Source of the DNA: a virus
Taxonomy: Duplodnaviria; Caudoviricetes
Virus record (IMG/VR): IMGVR_UViG_3300025410_000009
Length of the DNA: 64,000 bases
Direction: 5' to 3' (one strand)
The notes below the pieces were generated by a model. That model ran no database searches. It had not been told where the DNA came from and saw only the letters and a list, made by a program, of their open reading frames with translations. The position numbers and the translations under genes were made by a program. Numbering within the stretch: the stretch's first letter is position 1; every line of letters starts with the position of its first letter. Shown here piece after piece: positions 1 to 10,367 of the stretch.

Positions 1-56
1 TCCTCATCCATGTTATCTTCAATTTCCTGAATCTCAGCTTTGGTTAATTTAGACAT
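1..56 (-). CDS. Partial hypothetical protein (MSKLTKAEIQEIEDNMDE...), runs off the window edge
   Basis: ATG at 56-54 with upstream AAGGA; open to the window start. Confidence 0.5.
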   Translation of the reverse strand, partial: MSKLTKAEIQEIEDNMDE

Positions 57-91
57 AATAAAAATCCTTTATTCTATTATACAGTATTTAA

Positions 92-421
92 TCATTTAAA
101 CAGTATCAAACCCATAAGCAACGTCTCTCCGGCAAATCCCAAACAAATGGTTGCCAGATAAAGAAAATTGCGTTCAATTAATGATTTAAAGAATAATGAA
201 ATCAATGCTGACCAAACAAATACCATGATATCCACTGGCGGTAGTTTGTCATTTTGAGTCATTAACACCGCCAATAATGTGGGAATACTGGCAAAATGCA
301 ACAGGATAATGGTAATCCATCCCAGTGTATGCGAACTAATATGACCCAAGTGTTCCTTGAAAAATGTATAGATTTTAGAAGGAATACTGCTGATTTGATT
401 TAAAACATTATCTACTGTCAT
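92..421 (-). CDS. Small membrane protein (about 3 TM helices; PQ-loop/SemiSWEET-like or holin-like)
   Basis: Hydrophobic segments (LGWITIILLHFASIPTLL; IMVFVWSALISLFF; FLYLATICLGF); start moved to MTVDNV after an AAGGA RBS. Confidence 0.55.
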   Translation of the reverse strand: MTVDNVLNQISSIPSKIYTFFKEHLGHISSHTLGWITIILLHFASIPTLLAVLMTQNDKLPPVDIMVFVWSALISLFFKSLIERNFLYLATICLGFAGETLLMGLILFK

Positions 422-429
422 GGTTTTCC

Positions 430-1008
430 TTAGTTGTAAAAAATATGATGTCCAATATGTGCTATGGGCTTTTTGCCCCAATGCGGATTAATATAATCGG
501 CGTGATAATATAGTGCATTGGTCAAGCCAGGTAATCGATAGTTTTCCATCAAGACCTTTTGTGCCGCAATTACACTTTCATTATAATTGACTCGGTTGGT
601 GGGCCTAAATGCTGCTTCACGATCACAGGTCCAAGAAAATTGACAAACTACCTTTTCGTAGAATATGTTTTTTTGGAATATGACCTTGCACACATCACCG
701 GGAAACTGGCTGTTATTGACTCGATTCATTGTGACCTGTGCCACTGCAATCTTGCCTTCAAACGGCTCACTGCCGGCTTCGTGATAGATGTTTTTGGCCA
801 AGCAACCAATTTGACGATCACGCATTTCGGCTGTGACTGTTGTGGTATCAGGAACTTCGGAATTGGACATCTTGGTGTTTATGGCCCACTGTAATAGCAT
901 AACAGCCAATACTAGAGCCGCTGTCATTAACAATATATTAATGATTTTTGCAACTGGTAAAGTTGATTGAGTTGGAGTGTCCTCCAATGGCAATGCAACA
1001 TCATTCAT
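430..1008 (-). CDS. Cell wall hydrolase, SleB/Hydrolase_2 family, with N-terminal TM anchor
   Basis: CLAKNIYHEAGSE, GKIAVAQVTMNRV, CQFSW, ALYYHADY, IGHHIFY motifs; start at MNDVAL after AAAGGA. Confidence 0.88.
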   Translation of the reverse strand: MNDVALPLEDTPTQSTLPVAKIINILLMTAALVLAVMLLQWAINTKMSNSEVPDTTTVTAEMRDRQIGCLAKNIYHEAGSEPFEGKIAVAQVTMNRVNNSQFPGDVCKVIFQKNIFYEKVVCQFSWTCDREAAFRPTNRVNYNESVIAAQKVLMENYRLPGLTNALYYHADYINPHWGKKPIAHIGHHIFYN

Positions 1009-1091
1009 GCATGATCCTTTCATATTAATTAACCAACTGTGTATGTTAACACAGAAGTTGTTCAAGAGCAACCGGCAATGTTGCCAGTTGA

Positions 1092-2663
1092 TCAATAGCC
1101 CCGCATGCTGCCTAATTGACGGGCATAAGCCATTGCATCCATCTTGGTGCCCGGGTTGACTCCAAACACCTGCAATCGACTTAGATTTCTACTTTCAGAC
1201 AAGCTGGCTTGCATGGCTTCACCATACACATCAGGAGTGGACATGCTGTGTAGTGTGCTGCCTAGTCCCAGGGCCATGGGATCCAGGGCCATGCTGGGAA
1301 TTTGTTGATTGAGATTCATCACACCCATCATGTTGCCGGTGGGTGCGCCTGAGCCCAACTGTACGCCAGCAATGGCTTGATTTTGTTGTTCGGTGGCCAG
1401 CTGACTGCCAATGTTGATGTACTGTTCGTTGGACGAGTTTATCACGTCCTGTAGCTCGGGTTTGGTGTTGACACCATTGACCAAGCCCTGCAACACTCCT
1501 GGATCTGGCTGTGGATTGGCCGCAAGATATGTGTGCAAGGCAGCAACATCACGGTCATTTTGTACTAGACTGGTTTGTGCTTGAGTGCATTTTTGAATAC
1601 TGTCAGTGTAGCCCACACCCGATGCGCTGCCAGTGATATCAGTCACTGTTGGGTTGTTGAATACACCACTGCCTTGACCAATTTGACTGGACAAGCCCTC
1701 TAGGTGTGAGCTGGGCAGCACAGTATTCATAGCCTGCAACGTTGGATAGTTACCGTACTCGATGGAACCATACAGACTGGCTGCTTGGGTAAATGATGCG
1801 AACGATCCACCCACGTTGCCCAGCTTGTTGGCCAGGTTGGCCAAATTGCCCACACGCCGTACCAAGTCTGGCGAGAACAAGTTGTTGATGTTGAACACAT
1901 CGTTTAGTGTGCGTATACCCAACAAGTTGTAGGGTCTAAAGTTGGTGACCATGATCATTTCTTGTAGGTTACTGCCAGTTATTGTGCTCAGTACAGTTTC
2001 CACCAACAAAGGTTCCGCATCCGGCAAGTCATTCAAATTCAAGCCCTGTGCCAAGAGATTGTTTGAAAAGTTACCAACAAGGCCCAGGCCTTGATTGATC
2101 AAGTTTTGTGCCAGTGTGCCGGGATTGGTCAGCTGGAACATGTTGTAGCTGTCAAACATGGTGCCTAGGTTGGGCAGTTGTTGGGCCAACATGGCCGACG
2201 TGACAGCATCAAATTGACTGGATACCCCGCCAGTGGCCACATCGCCGTAGTTGTTGAACGAGAATCCCAGGTCATTGAACTTTTGTCCCTGACTCTGCAT
2301 GATGGCACCGTGAAAGGCAAATGTGGTGGCAGCATAAGATGCAGCCTGCCCCAAGTGACTAGAGAAACCGGTCACACCGTTAGCAAATAAAGCATTGCCG
2401 GATGCAACCACAGCCGACACTGAATTAATACTGCCGCTGGGACCGACACCAGCAGGTGGTATGCCCGACATGAATGGTGGTATCTGTTGTACAATGGCCT
2501 GATTGGCAGGTGAGTATGACGAGTAGTTGGCCTGCACCACGCCAGTGATGGGCGACGAGTTGTAGGCAGTGGCTGCGCTGGTCAGGTTCACACTCACACC
2601 CAGGCCTGAACCTTTTGCTAGGCCTATACCGGCCAATAGTAGTAGTGGTGTTAGATTTGACAT
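1092..2663 (-). CDS. Hypothetical 523-aa G/N/S/A-rich protein, probably a virion (baseplate/tail) protein
   Basis: Long ORF between two peptidoglycan hydrolases; composition typical of structural proteins. Confidence 0.5.
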   Translation of the reverse strand: MSNLTPLLLLAGIGLAKGSGLGVSVNLTSAATAYNSSPITGVVQANYSSYSPANQAIVQQIPPFMSGIPPAGVGPSGSINSVSAVVASGNALFANGVTGFSSHLGQAASYAATTFAFHGAIMQSQGQKFNDLGFSFNNYGDVATGGVSSQFDAVTSAMLAQQLPNLGTMFDSYNMFQLTNPGTLAQNLINQGLGLVGNFSNNLLAQGLNLNDLPDAEPLLVETVLSTITGSNLQEMIMVTNFRPYNLLGIRTLNDVFNINNLFSPDLVRRVGNLANLANKLGNVGGSFASFTQAASLYGSIEYGNYPTLQAMNTVLPSSHLEGLSSQIGQGSGVFNNPTVTDITGSASGVGYTDSIQKCTQAQTSLVQNDRDVAALHTYLAANPQPDPGVLQGLVNGVNTKPELQDVINSSNEQYINIGSQLATEQQNQAIAGVQLGSGAPTGNMMGVMNLNQQIPSMALDPMALGLGSTLHSMSTPDVYGEAMQASLSESRNLSRLQVFGVNPGTKMDAMAYARQLGSMRGY

Positions 2664-2664
2664 A

Positions 2665-3552
2665 TCAAGTGGCCAATTGTGCTAGTTTGGTAAATTTGAG
2701 TTGACCATTCATCATGGTCAAGACTCGATTCTGTGGAGCCACTTGTTTGCCAGTGCCTACATACACGCTGGCATGTATCCAGGCCACCAAGGGTCCGCGG
2801 GCTGTGTGGTATTCCAGAATCAGCTGATCAAAGGCAATGTTGTCTTTGATCCATAGTGCAATGTCGTAGTAGTCAGCAGGTGGAATGCTGCCGCCACTGG
2901 ATTGATTGAATTGCATGTCGCAGGCTTGACCGGTGCCGTGTGGGCCAGCACCAATGTCGGCACCAGTACGCAGGTTACAGGTCATGACAGCATTGGGATA
3001 ACGTGCCTTGATGGGTTCCCATACGTTCAAGGCCAAGGCTGCCAAGTTACATACTATTTGATCTGGCTGCAGTCCCATTTGGGCCGGCACTGCGCTGTAT
3101 CTATACTTGGGTATAGCCGGTGCTTGCTGAATAAAAGCACCCAAGGTGTAATGAGTTGACAATTGAGTGGTCAAGTCAAAATGTTGGTGTATGGCAGTAC
3201 AGTCAGCTGGTGTGCCAGTTTTACCATTGAGCGGAGTATCATCGGTCTTGGCGGGACTTGCAGCCGCAGCATTGCCTTTGTCAATGGACGACTGATCATA
3301 AGTGCCATTGGCTATCTGTTGTTTTTGATAGGCCTGGGCAGCAGCAGCACCTTCAGGAGTGCCATCGTCGGCATCGTCGTTGGCATATTGTCTAGCTTGT
3401 ACAGTGACCGTATTCATGCCCGCGGCTATATTGGAACTGGCCGAAGTCACAATGGTTAAGCCATTGTCTTCGTTGGCAATTCCGTTGTTGTCATCGCCCA
3501 CATGCACTGTGGACGCAAACGGGGTAACTGAATAGGTGACTGGTCCGCTCAT
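2665..3552 (-). CDS. Peptidase M15A-like (LAS Zn-endopeptidase) domain protein, probably tail-associated
   Basis: C-terminal HGTGQACD, FDQLILEY and WIHAS motifs. Confidence 0.75.
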   Translation of the reverse strand: MSGPVTYSVTPFASTVHVGDDNNGIANEDNGLTIVTSASSNIAAGMNTVTVQARQYANDDADDGTPEGAAAAQAYQKQQIANGTYDQSSIDKGNAAAASPAKTDDTPLNGKTGTPADCTAIHQHFDLTTQLSTHYTLGAFIQQAPAIPKYRYSAVPAQMGLQPDQIVCNLAALALNVWEPIKARYPNAVMTCNLRTGADIGAGPHGTGQACDMQFNQSSGGSIPPADYYDIALWIKDNIAFDQLILEYHTARGPLVAWIHASVYVGTGKQVAPQNRVLTMMNGQLKFTKLAQLAT

Positions 3553-3863
3553 ACTATGATAGAAGGTTTAGAAACTGGTTTGATTCCAGTAGTGGTCTCA
3601 AGGTAGTGATCGCGCATTTGGTCCATGGCCTCACACATCATCATGACATGCTCGGACTTGATTGGCACCTTTTTGTCCAGTGCTAGACTGAACATGGCCT
3701 GGATCAAGCCAATGCCTTTGGCTCCACCAACCACCACGCACGGACGATCTAGCAGATACTCGTCGGGTGTGATTTCAGCAACTCTAGCAACAACTTCGTC
3801 GCCATTGACCAACTTGAATGCCCATACTTCGCCAACGGCGATTCTTGAATTTGAAACTAACAT
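3549..3863 (-). CDS. Hypothetical protein (Sm-like fold suspected)
   Basis: FKLVNGDEVVARV beta pattern; co-oriented with glutaredoxin. Confidence 0.5.
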   Translation of the reverse strand: MLVSNSRIAVGEVWAFKLVNGDEVVARVAEITPDEYLLDRPCVVVGGAKGIGLIQAMFSLALDKKVPIKSEHVMMMCEAMDQMRDHYLETTTGIKPVSKPSIIV

Positions 3864-3864
3864 G

Positions 3865-4113
3865 TTATTCCTTGATTAAATTTGCTAACTCTTGATCTGA
3901 TAGCTTGGCCAAGCCAGTGTAGCCACCTTCTACAAACAAAGTGCCGTTTTGATAAATTTGCGGAACTGTTCTATGTCCAGCAGACATCACGAACTCGCGT
4001 GCCTCAGGATTCTCGTCAATTTTGATTTCTTCAAAGGCAATGCCTTTTTGCTCTAATAGATATTTTGCCTTGACGCAAAACGGGCAATTATTTTTACTAT
4101 AAACTGTCAACAT
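3865..4113 (-). CDS. nrdC: Glutaredoxin
   Basis: CPFC active site, RTVPQI motif, adjacent to nrdAB. Confidence 0.92.
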   Translation of the reverse strand: MLTVYSKNNCPFCVKAKYLLEQKGIAFEEIKIDENPEAREFVMSAGHRTVPQIYQNGTLFVEGGYTGLAKLSDQELANLIKE

Positions 4114-5240
4114 TATAAACTAAAACCTTTAAAAGTATTGCTGTCCACATCTTGCTTGGTGCCGCCCACAATGTACGAACTCAATTCTACTTCTTGTGGT
4201 GCCACTTGCACTTCGGATCCAGCGATCCACTTGGCGGTCCAGGGCAACGGATTGCTACCAGGTTTGATACCGCAACTTAATCCAATTGCAGTCATACGCT
4301 TGCAGGTCAACCAATCAACATAGTCGCAAAGTAGTTGTTTATTTAAACCTATCATGCTGCCATCTTTGAATAAGTACTCTGCCCAAGCCTTTTCTTGTTC
4401 GGCGGCCTCCAGGAACATTTTTGTGCATAAATCTGCTGTTTCCTCTTTGATTTTGGCAAAATCTGGGTCGTCTTGAGGCAGTAATTTGATCATGGTCTGC
4501 GTACTGCCCAAGTGTATGTTTTCGTCTCGGCAGATGAGTTTGATGATCTTGGCATTGCCTTCCATTTTCTTTAGTTCAGCAAAGGCCCACGAGCAAGCAA
4601 AGCTGACATAGAAACGAATGCCTTCCAGTGCATTGGCGCTGTTGATACAGAGCCACAGTTTCTTTTTGAGCTCGTAACGATCAATATCAATGGTGGCACC
4701 GTTCACAGTGTGTGAGCCCAAGCCCAACAAATTGTAGTAGCCACCATAGGTGATCACATCATCATAATAGCGGCTGATGTCTCGGGCACAGTTTACAATG
4801 GCCTCAATCTCTAGCAGTCCATCAAAGATTTCGCTGGGGTTGCTGTAGATGTTGCGTATGATATGTGTGTAACTACGACTGTGAATGGTCTCGCTAAAGG
4901 CCCAGGTCTGTACCCAAGTTTCTAGCTCGGGTATGGAAATGAACGGCAGCAGAGCCAAGTTGGGACTGCGCCCTTGAACGCTGTCCAACAGGATCTGTCG
5001 TTTAAGGTTGCTGGTAAAAATATGCTGTTCGTGAACAGTTAATTCTTTAAAATCTTTAGCGTCACGATTGACATCAACTTCTTCGGGTCTCCAAAAGAAT
5101 CCCAACTGCTTGTCTGTGAGTTTGTCAAATTGTCTATACTTGAGCGTTTCAAATCTTTGTACTGTTACAGCTCCTGCGGGGTCTAAAAATGCAAGAGCTT
5201 CTGTGTGTTTTGTTTTGTTGTTAATATTAAATACACTCAT
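4113..5240 (-). CDS. nrdB: Ribonucleotide reductase class Ia beta subunit
   Basis: FFWRPEE, LLDSVQGR, ETIHSRSY (radical Tyr), LEGIRFY, DENIH, VAPQE. Confidence 0.97.
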   Translation of the reverse strand: MSVFNINNKTKHTEALAFLDPAGAVTVQRFETLKYRQFDKLTDKQLGFFWRPEEVDVNRDAKDFKELTVHEQHIFTSNLKRQILLDSVQGRSPNLALLPFISIPELETWVQTWAFSETIHSRSYTHIIRNIYSNPSEIFDGLLEIEAIVNCARDISRYYDDVITYGGYYNLLGLGSHTVNGATIDIDRYELKKKLWLCINSANALEGIRFYVSFACSWAFAELKKMEGNAKIIKLICRDENIHLGSTQTMIKLLPQDDPDFAKIKEETADLCTKMFLEAAEQEKAWAEYLFKDGSMIGLNKQLLCDYVDWLTCKRMTAIGLSCGIKPGSNPLPWTAKWIAGSEVQVAPQEVELSSYIVGGTKQDVDSNTFKGFSL

Positions 5241-5249
5241 TCTATTTCC

Positions 5250-7553
5250 TTAAATTACGCAAGAATCACAGTCTTCTTGATCTATCGCTGCTGTCTCTAA
5301 TGGGGCTTGAAATTTGTTTACCAGCTTGTCAACATCGACTTCGCCTTGACCATCGTAGGTGTTAAAATAATACAATTGCTTGCCACCGTACTTGTAAAAT
5401 TGTACCAGGTGCTTGAGCATTTCGCTCATGGGGATTTTTTCATCTTCATAGTACTGCGGATTGTAGCTGGTGTTTACACTGATACCTTGGTCGATGTATT
5501 TCTGCAACACCGCACAGATATTCATGTAGCCTTCGGGACTGCGTTGGTCCCACAACAGCTCGTATTTGTTTTTCAGTTTACGATACTCAGGCACCACTTG
5601 TTTAAGCACGCCATCTTTGCTCTGCTTGACACTGATGAAACTGCGTGGTGGCTCGATACCATTTGTGGCATTTGAAATTTGTGCACTGGTTTCAGCCGGC
5701 ATCAAGGCCATCAAGGTGGCATTACGAATACCAGTGTCAAGAATTTGTTCACGCAGGGCACGCCATGGCATGCGCTCTTGATGTGGCACAAGTTCGTCAA
5801 TTTCTTTCTTGCGAGTGTCAATAGGCAAACGACCATCAGCATACTTGAGGTCGGTCCAGCGTGTGCACGGCCCTTGCTCGGCAGCGAGATCAGCTGATGC
5901 CTTGATCAAGTAGTAGCTCCAGGCTTCGGCATACTCATCCACCAACGGTAGTGCATCAGGATCGCTATAGCCCACATCGTTCTTGGCCAAGAAGTAGGCA
6001 AAATTAATGATGCCAATGCCCAAGGGACGGAATTCCTGAGTGGCCAATTCAGCGGCCAAGATGGGATAATTTTGATAACTCAGCAGTGCATCTAGTCCAC
6101 GCACAGCCAAGGTACACATGCGTTCAAAGTCTTGTGGACGTTTGACATTGCCCCAGTTGATTGCACTCAAGGTGCACAAGGCAATACGTCCATTAGGGTC
6201 GTTGACATCCCGAAGTGGCACAGTGGGCAAATCAATTTCTGTGCAAAGGTTTGACATCTTGATGGGTGCAACTGCTTCATTGAACGGACTGTGTGTGTTG
6301 GCATGGTCCACATTCATCAAATAGATACGTCCTGTGTCCTTGCGCTCTTGCATGAAGCGACTGAACAAGTCTCCGGCCTTGAATGTTTTCTTTCTCAGCT
6401 TGGTGTTGCGTTCAGCACGTTCGTAGAGTTCTTTGAACTTGTCTTGGTCATTGAAAAATGCATCATACATTTCAGGCACATCATGTGGGCTGAAGCAAGT
6501 GATGTCACCACCAGTGATCAAACGTTCGTACATGAGCTTGTTGAATTGGATACCGTAGTCCATGTGACGCACACGATTTTCTTCGGTGCCCTTGTTGTTC
6601 TTCAGCACCATTAGTTCTTCAACTTCAAGATGCCATATGGGATAGTATAGGGTGGCTGCTCCGCCACGCACACCACCTTGACTGCAGCTCTTGACCGCGG
6701 TCTGGAAATATTTAAAGAACGGAATTACACCAGTGTGGTAAGCATCACCTTTGCGTATGGGACTGCCTAGTGCACGAATGCGACCAGCGCCTACACCAAT
6801 GCCGGCTTTTTGGCTCACATACTTGACAATGCTGCTGGCTGTGGCATTGATACTGTCCAAGCTGTCGTCGGTCTCGATCAAGACACAACTGCTGAATTGT
6901 TTTTGCGGAGTACGCACACCGGCCATGACCGGAGTGGGCAAACTGATGTCGTGCTGACTGACTGCTTCATAATAGTCACGCACCCACTTGAGTCTAGTTT
7001 CTGGCGGATATGACTGGAACAGGGTGGCCGCAATCAACATGTAGGCCATTTGTGGCGTTTCAAAAATTTCTTTGGTCACACGATTTTGTACCAAGTACTT
7101 GCCGCGCCACTGCTCCATGGCCACATAGGTAAAGTTTAAATCTCGTTCGTGATTGAGATAGGTGTCCAAGGTGTTCCACTCTTCTTCACTGTAGGCGGCG
7201 ACTAGCCCGGGATCGTAAAATCCCAACTCCTCGTTGAATTTGACCAAGCGATACAGGGGCCATGGCTTGTAGTCGCCGTAGACTTGTTTACGCAAATGGT
7301 AGTTGATGAGTCTACCAGCCACGTACTGGTAGTTGGGTGTTTCTTCTGTGATCAAGTCGGCTGCACTCTTGATCAGTGTTTCTTGAATGGTGGAAGTCTT
7401 GATGTTACTATAAAACTGGATGTGGCTCTTGATTTCTACTTCACTGGGACTGACCCCAGTTATGCCCTCTGTGGCCCAAAACACCACTTTATGTATTTTT
7501 TCTAGATTTAATTCTTCCCTTTGCCCATCTCTTTTAGTAACTGTGATATGCAT
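5250..7553 (-). CDS. nrdA: Ribonucleotide reductase class Ia alpha subunit
   Basis: ATP-cone VTKRDG, QFSSCVL, SNLCTEI, LMPAETS, C-terminal CDSC; uninterrupted. Confidence 0.97.
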   Translation of the reverse strand: MHITVTKRDGQREELNLEKIHKVVFWATEGITGVSPSEVEIKSHIQFYSNIKTSTIQETLIKSAADLITEETPNYQYVAGRLINYHLRKQVYGDYKPWPLYRLVKFNEELGFYDPGLVAAYSEEEWNTLDTYLNHERDLNFTYVAMEQWRGKYLVQNRVTKEIFETPQMAYMLIAATLFQSYPPETRLKWVRDYYEAVSQHDISLPTPVMAGVRTPQKQFSSCVLIETDDSLDSINATASSIVKYVSQKAGIGVGAGRIRALGSPIRKGDAYHTGVIPFFKYFQTAVKSCSQGGVRGGAATLYYPIWHLEVEELMVLKNNKGTEENRVRHMDYGIQFNKLMYERLITGGDITCFSPHDVPEMYDAFFNDQDKFKELYERAERNTKLRKKTFKAGDLFSRFMQERKDTGRIYLMNVDHANTHSPFNEAVAPIKMSNLCTEIDLPTVPLRDVNDPNGRIALCTLSAINWGNVKRPQDFERMCTLAVRGLDALLSYQNYPILAAELATQEFRPLGIGIINFAYFLAKNDVGYSDPDALPLVDEYAEAWSYYLIKASADLAAEQGPCTRWTDLKYADGRLPIDTRKKEIDELVPHQERMPWRALREQILDTGIRNATLMALMPAETSAQISNATNGIEPPRSFISVKQSKDGVLKQVVPEYRKLKNKYELLWDQRSPEGYMNICAVLQKYIDQGISVNTSYNPQYYEDEKIPMSEMLKHLVQFYKYGGKQLYYFNTYDGQGEVDVDKLVNKFQAPLETAAIDQEDCDSCVI

Positions 7554-7575
7554 TATTGATGTTTCCTTATTATTT

Positions 7576-8031
7576 TTAATAGAGATTTAGCCCCAAGTCG
7601 TCTGGTGTGTACCTATACAGCAAGTCTAGGTCTTTTGGCAATTGTGTAATATTTACTACCGTGTCAAACTCGAAATTAAGTATATATTTTCCTTGAAACA
7701 TCTCAACTAAATTATGTGTCTCCCGGGTTTGGTTATTACGGTATATAGACAGAGCTAGATCTGCGGGTTTATGGTCGCTTAGATATAAAGTATACAGCAT
7801 TCCTAGGCTTTTAGCAAGATCGCAGTAGTAATTTTCGTGTAATAATAGCCAGGGATCTGGCCAGGCTATCACACTGGAGTCACGATCGGGGTCTAGGTAG
7901 TGTGCCATGTAGGGAGCATAGCTCCAAAGATGAGTAGTCGCTTGACAGGCATCTTCGATTGACATGACTCTGATTTGGTTGCGAAATGATTTCCATTCCC
8001 GCAACCGTTCCTCAGGTTTAAGAGTCCACAT
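7576..8031 (-). CDS. Hypothetical protein
   Basis: 151-aa ORF abutting the upstream fibre gene. Confidence 0.6.
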   Translation of the reverse strand: MWTLKPEERLREWKSFRNQIRVMSIEDACQATTHLWSYAPYMAHYLDPDRDSSVIAWPDPWLLLHENYYCDLAKSLGMLYTLYLSDHKPADLALSIYRNNQTRETHNLVEMFQGKYILNFEFDTVVNITQLPKDLDLLYRYTPDDLGLNLY

Positions 8032-8045
8032 TGTTTGAAAAATAA

Positions 8046-9623
8046 TTAGTGTAAAGTTTTAATATCGAATGTAACACTGGCAGCATGACCAGCGGCAGTC
8101 AGGGCAGCCTGCAAGTTAAAAAACGCATGACCCGACTGTTTAGAAAATCCCAATGTGACTCCAATGTCGGCAGTGTCAGCATAGTCGTCCTCGTAGCTGA
8201 TGTTGCCACTGGTGTCGCATGCAAATTTAATTATGCCAACTCGAGCCAGATTGTTTCGTGTTACAGTATAGTTAATTATGCCGGCCTTGGCTGACACATA
8301 TGGAAAAACTGTAATTTGTCCATCGGCGGCAGTATAACTATGTCCAGCGTATTGATGAGCAGCACCCAGTCTAAAGCCTTCATCTAGTGCAGTACTGATG
8401 ATGGCATAGCCTGAAGATTCCACTCGCGGCACTGGCGAAACAGTATCAGAGGCCACTGATATAGTTCTAGAAAATACATCACCGATAGAATAGTTGTTGT
8501 CGGCTTGAAACAAGATAACTGGTACCACTGGAGCAGCATCAGTGCCGCTTTGGTTGCCTACATTGATGTAGGTATTAAATGCACTCACAATGCCAGTCAC
8601 ACCAGGGCCACCGTAAATGGCGCTAGAGTAAACATCTTCGACTCTACTGTTGGTGATACGTATGCCGCGTGGATTGCTTGACCCTGGTACCAACTCTAAT
8701 GCTTGATACAAACTGGTAAACCTGCAGTTGTCAAACAATACCTCACTGGTACCAACATTGGCCTCAAGGTATGCAGCATAGGTGGTGCCGCTGAATCTGC
8801 AATTTCTAAAGGTAATTTTGTTGGTGGCTGCATTGGTGGATTTGATATGCACACCGGTGCCGCCAAGGGTTACTCCAGTAATGTTATTGGTCAAGTTGGG
8901 TCCTGTAAAGCCCATGTTCTCAAACACACATTCAGTGGCAGCATCAATGATCAAGAGATCAATGTCGGTCTCGGCAGACAATGTGACGCCGTGCACGGTG
9001 ACCAAGTTGGGATAGCTGCCAGTGACCACACCAGCTGGGTCTTCACCGATGGTGGTGGTCAGTCGAGCCACGCAAGTGGCATCTGTTCCAGTTTGCAAAA
9101 AGGTAACATCGCCTTCAGCAATCAGCAAGGCATAAGGTGGAATGTGTAATTCAGCTGACAACTTGTACACACCAGCACTGCATCTAATGGCACGACGAGT
9201 TCTAGGTGCTACGCTCACTTGCAGTCGATTGTATGTTTGATCTATACAGCGTTGTATGGCCGCTGTATCATCAGTTAGTCCGTCGCCAACTGCACCATAG
9301 TCTCTAAGATTAACAAAATCGTCAAATTTGTTTTGATAGTCGCGTGTGATCTGTCCACCGTCAGGACCAGTAATCACTCGATAACCGCCCTCTTGTCCAT
9401 AATAGGTGTACGCACCCAACACAGTACCAAGATCTGAACTGTTTTGCCCCACAGTGAGGATTTCGGTGTTGCCAGGAATTGGTGCACCTTCAGCTAGTGT
9501 TCCATTACCAATATATAATTTTTGTGTATCAATTGCCCACGCCAATTCACCGCTGGCCAGCTGACCGATGTCTTGTGCTAGGCCCCGACGAATTTGTATT
9601 TTTGATATTTGTGTAACTGCCAT
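8046..9623 (-). CDS. Tail fibre/spike-like protein: Mtd_N-like N-terminus plus pectate-lyase-3-type beta-helix
   Basis: IQIRRG...LASGELAWAIDTQKLYIGNG; VNLRDYGAVGDGLTDDTAAIQ; beta-helix-type repeats. Confidence 0.75.
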   Translation of the reverse strand: MAVTQISKIQIRRGLAQDIGQLASGELAWAIDTQKLYIGNGTLAEGAPIPGNTEILTVGQNSSDLGTVLGAYTYYGQEGGYRVITGPDGGQITRDYQNKFDDFVNLRDYGAVGDGLTDDTAAIQRCIDQTYNRLQVSVAPRTRRAIRCSAGVYKLSAELHIPPYALLIAEGDVTFLQTGTDATCVARLTTTIGEDPAGVVTGSYPNLVTVHGVTLSAETDIDLLIIDAATECVFENMGFTGPNLTNNITGVTLGGTGVHIKSTNAATNKITFRNCRFSGTTYAAYLEANVGTSEVLFDNCRFTSLYQALELVPGSSNPRGIRITNSRVEDVYSSAIYGGPGVTGIVSAFNTYINVGNQSGTDAAPVVPVILFQADNNYSIGDVFSRTISVASDTVSPVPRVESSGYAIISTALDEGFRLGAAHQYAGHSYTAADGQITVFPYVSAKAGIINYTVTRNNLARVGIIKFACDTSGNISYEDDYADTADIGVTLGFSKQSGHAFFNLQAALTAAGHAASVTFDIKTLH

Positions 9624-9647
9624 GGTCTATTACCCCTAATGTAGTAT

Positions 9648-10358
9648 TTAGTTTAGGCTGTAATACAATTCCACACGGCGACGCCACTCTAGTGTCCACG
9701 ATTCAAATTCGTCTCCTTCGATGACAAATTCCAAGTATTCTGGCGTGGTATAGGTCTGATCTTCCAGCAATTTAGGCTGAACAGCCATCAAAATTACACC
9801 GGTATTGATATTGGTACCATGTGTGTGATTGTGTGCTGCGGCGTATGCGGCCAGCTGAACAAAATAGTCGTCTATGTATTCGCGTTTTTTAACTTTGTTG
9901 CTCTGCTTGAAGTCCAGTATGGCCGGTTTCCCTTTCCATACACCCACGCAGTCAGTGGTGCCAGCATATAACCCACTATAATACAACGGCACTTCGCTGC
10001 CCCAATATTCATCCACATGAATCAAACCCTTGAGAATAACTTCAGCAGCCATGAACCAGCTGGGATGAGCATAGGGATTGCTGGGCAAGGGTTTCATGTC
10101 GTCGCTTAGAATATAATTTTCCAAGTAGGCATGCATACGTGTGCCGCGATTGGCAGCTTCTGTGGTAATTTGTTGTGCACGTTCATGCCCGATTGCATTA
10201 CGCCAATTTTGAAGTGCTTGTCGACTCTCTTCGCTTTTGGTACGGTCCAATATTGTGGTCACACTGGGCACTCGACTGCCATCAGGCAAACAGTAGTGTC
10301 TTTTGCCATCAACTGTTTCTCTGTTGAGCGGGGCATAATTGTATTTAGGAATAATCAT
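9648..10358 (-). CDS. PD-(D/E)XK exonuclease (T4-like phage exonuclease/MGME1-like)
   Basis: PSVTTIL, RGTRMH, SEVPLY, YAGTTDCV, ILDFKQS, QLAAY. Confidence 0.85.
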   Translation of the reverse strand: MIIPKYNYAPLNRETVDGKRHYCLPDGSRVPSVTTILDRTKSEESRQALQNWRNAIGHERAQQITTEAANRGTRMHAYLENYILSDDMKPLPSNPYAHPSWFMAAEVILKGLIHVDEYWGSEVPLYYSGLYAGTTDCVGVWKGKPAILDFKQSNKVKKREYIDDYFVQLAAYAAAHNHTHGTNINTGVILMAVQPKLLEDQTYTTPEYLEFVIEGDEFESWTLEWRRRVELYYSLN

Positions 10359-10367
10359 AGTATGACA

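Noticed and set aside
9648-10358. Cas4/CRISPR adaptation function for the PD-(D/E)XK nuclease
   Set aside because: Lacks the four Fe-S cysteines, and no cas1/cas2 or array is nearby.
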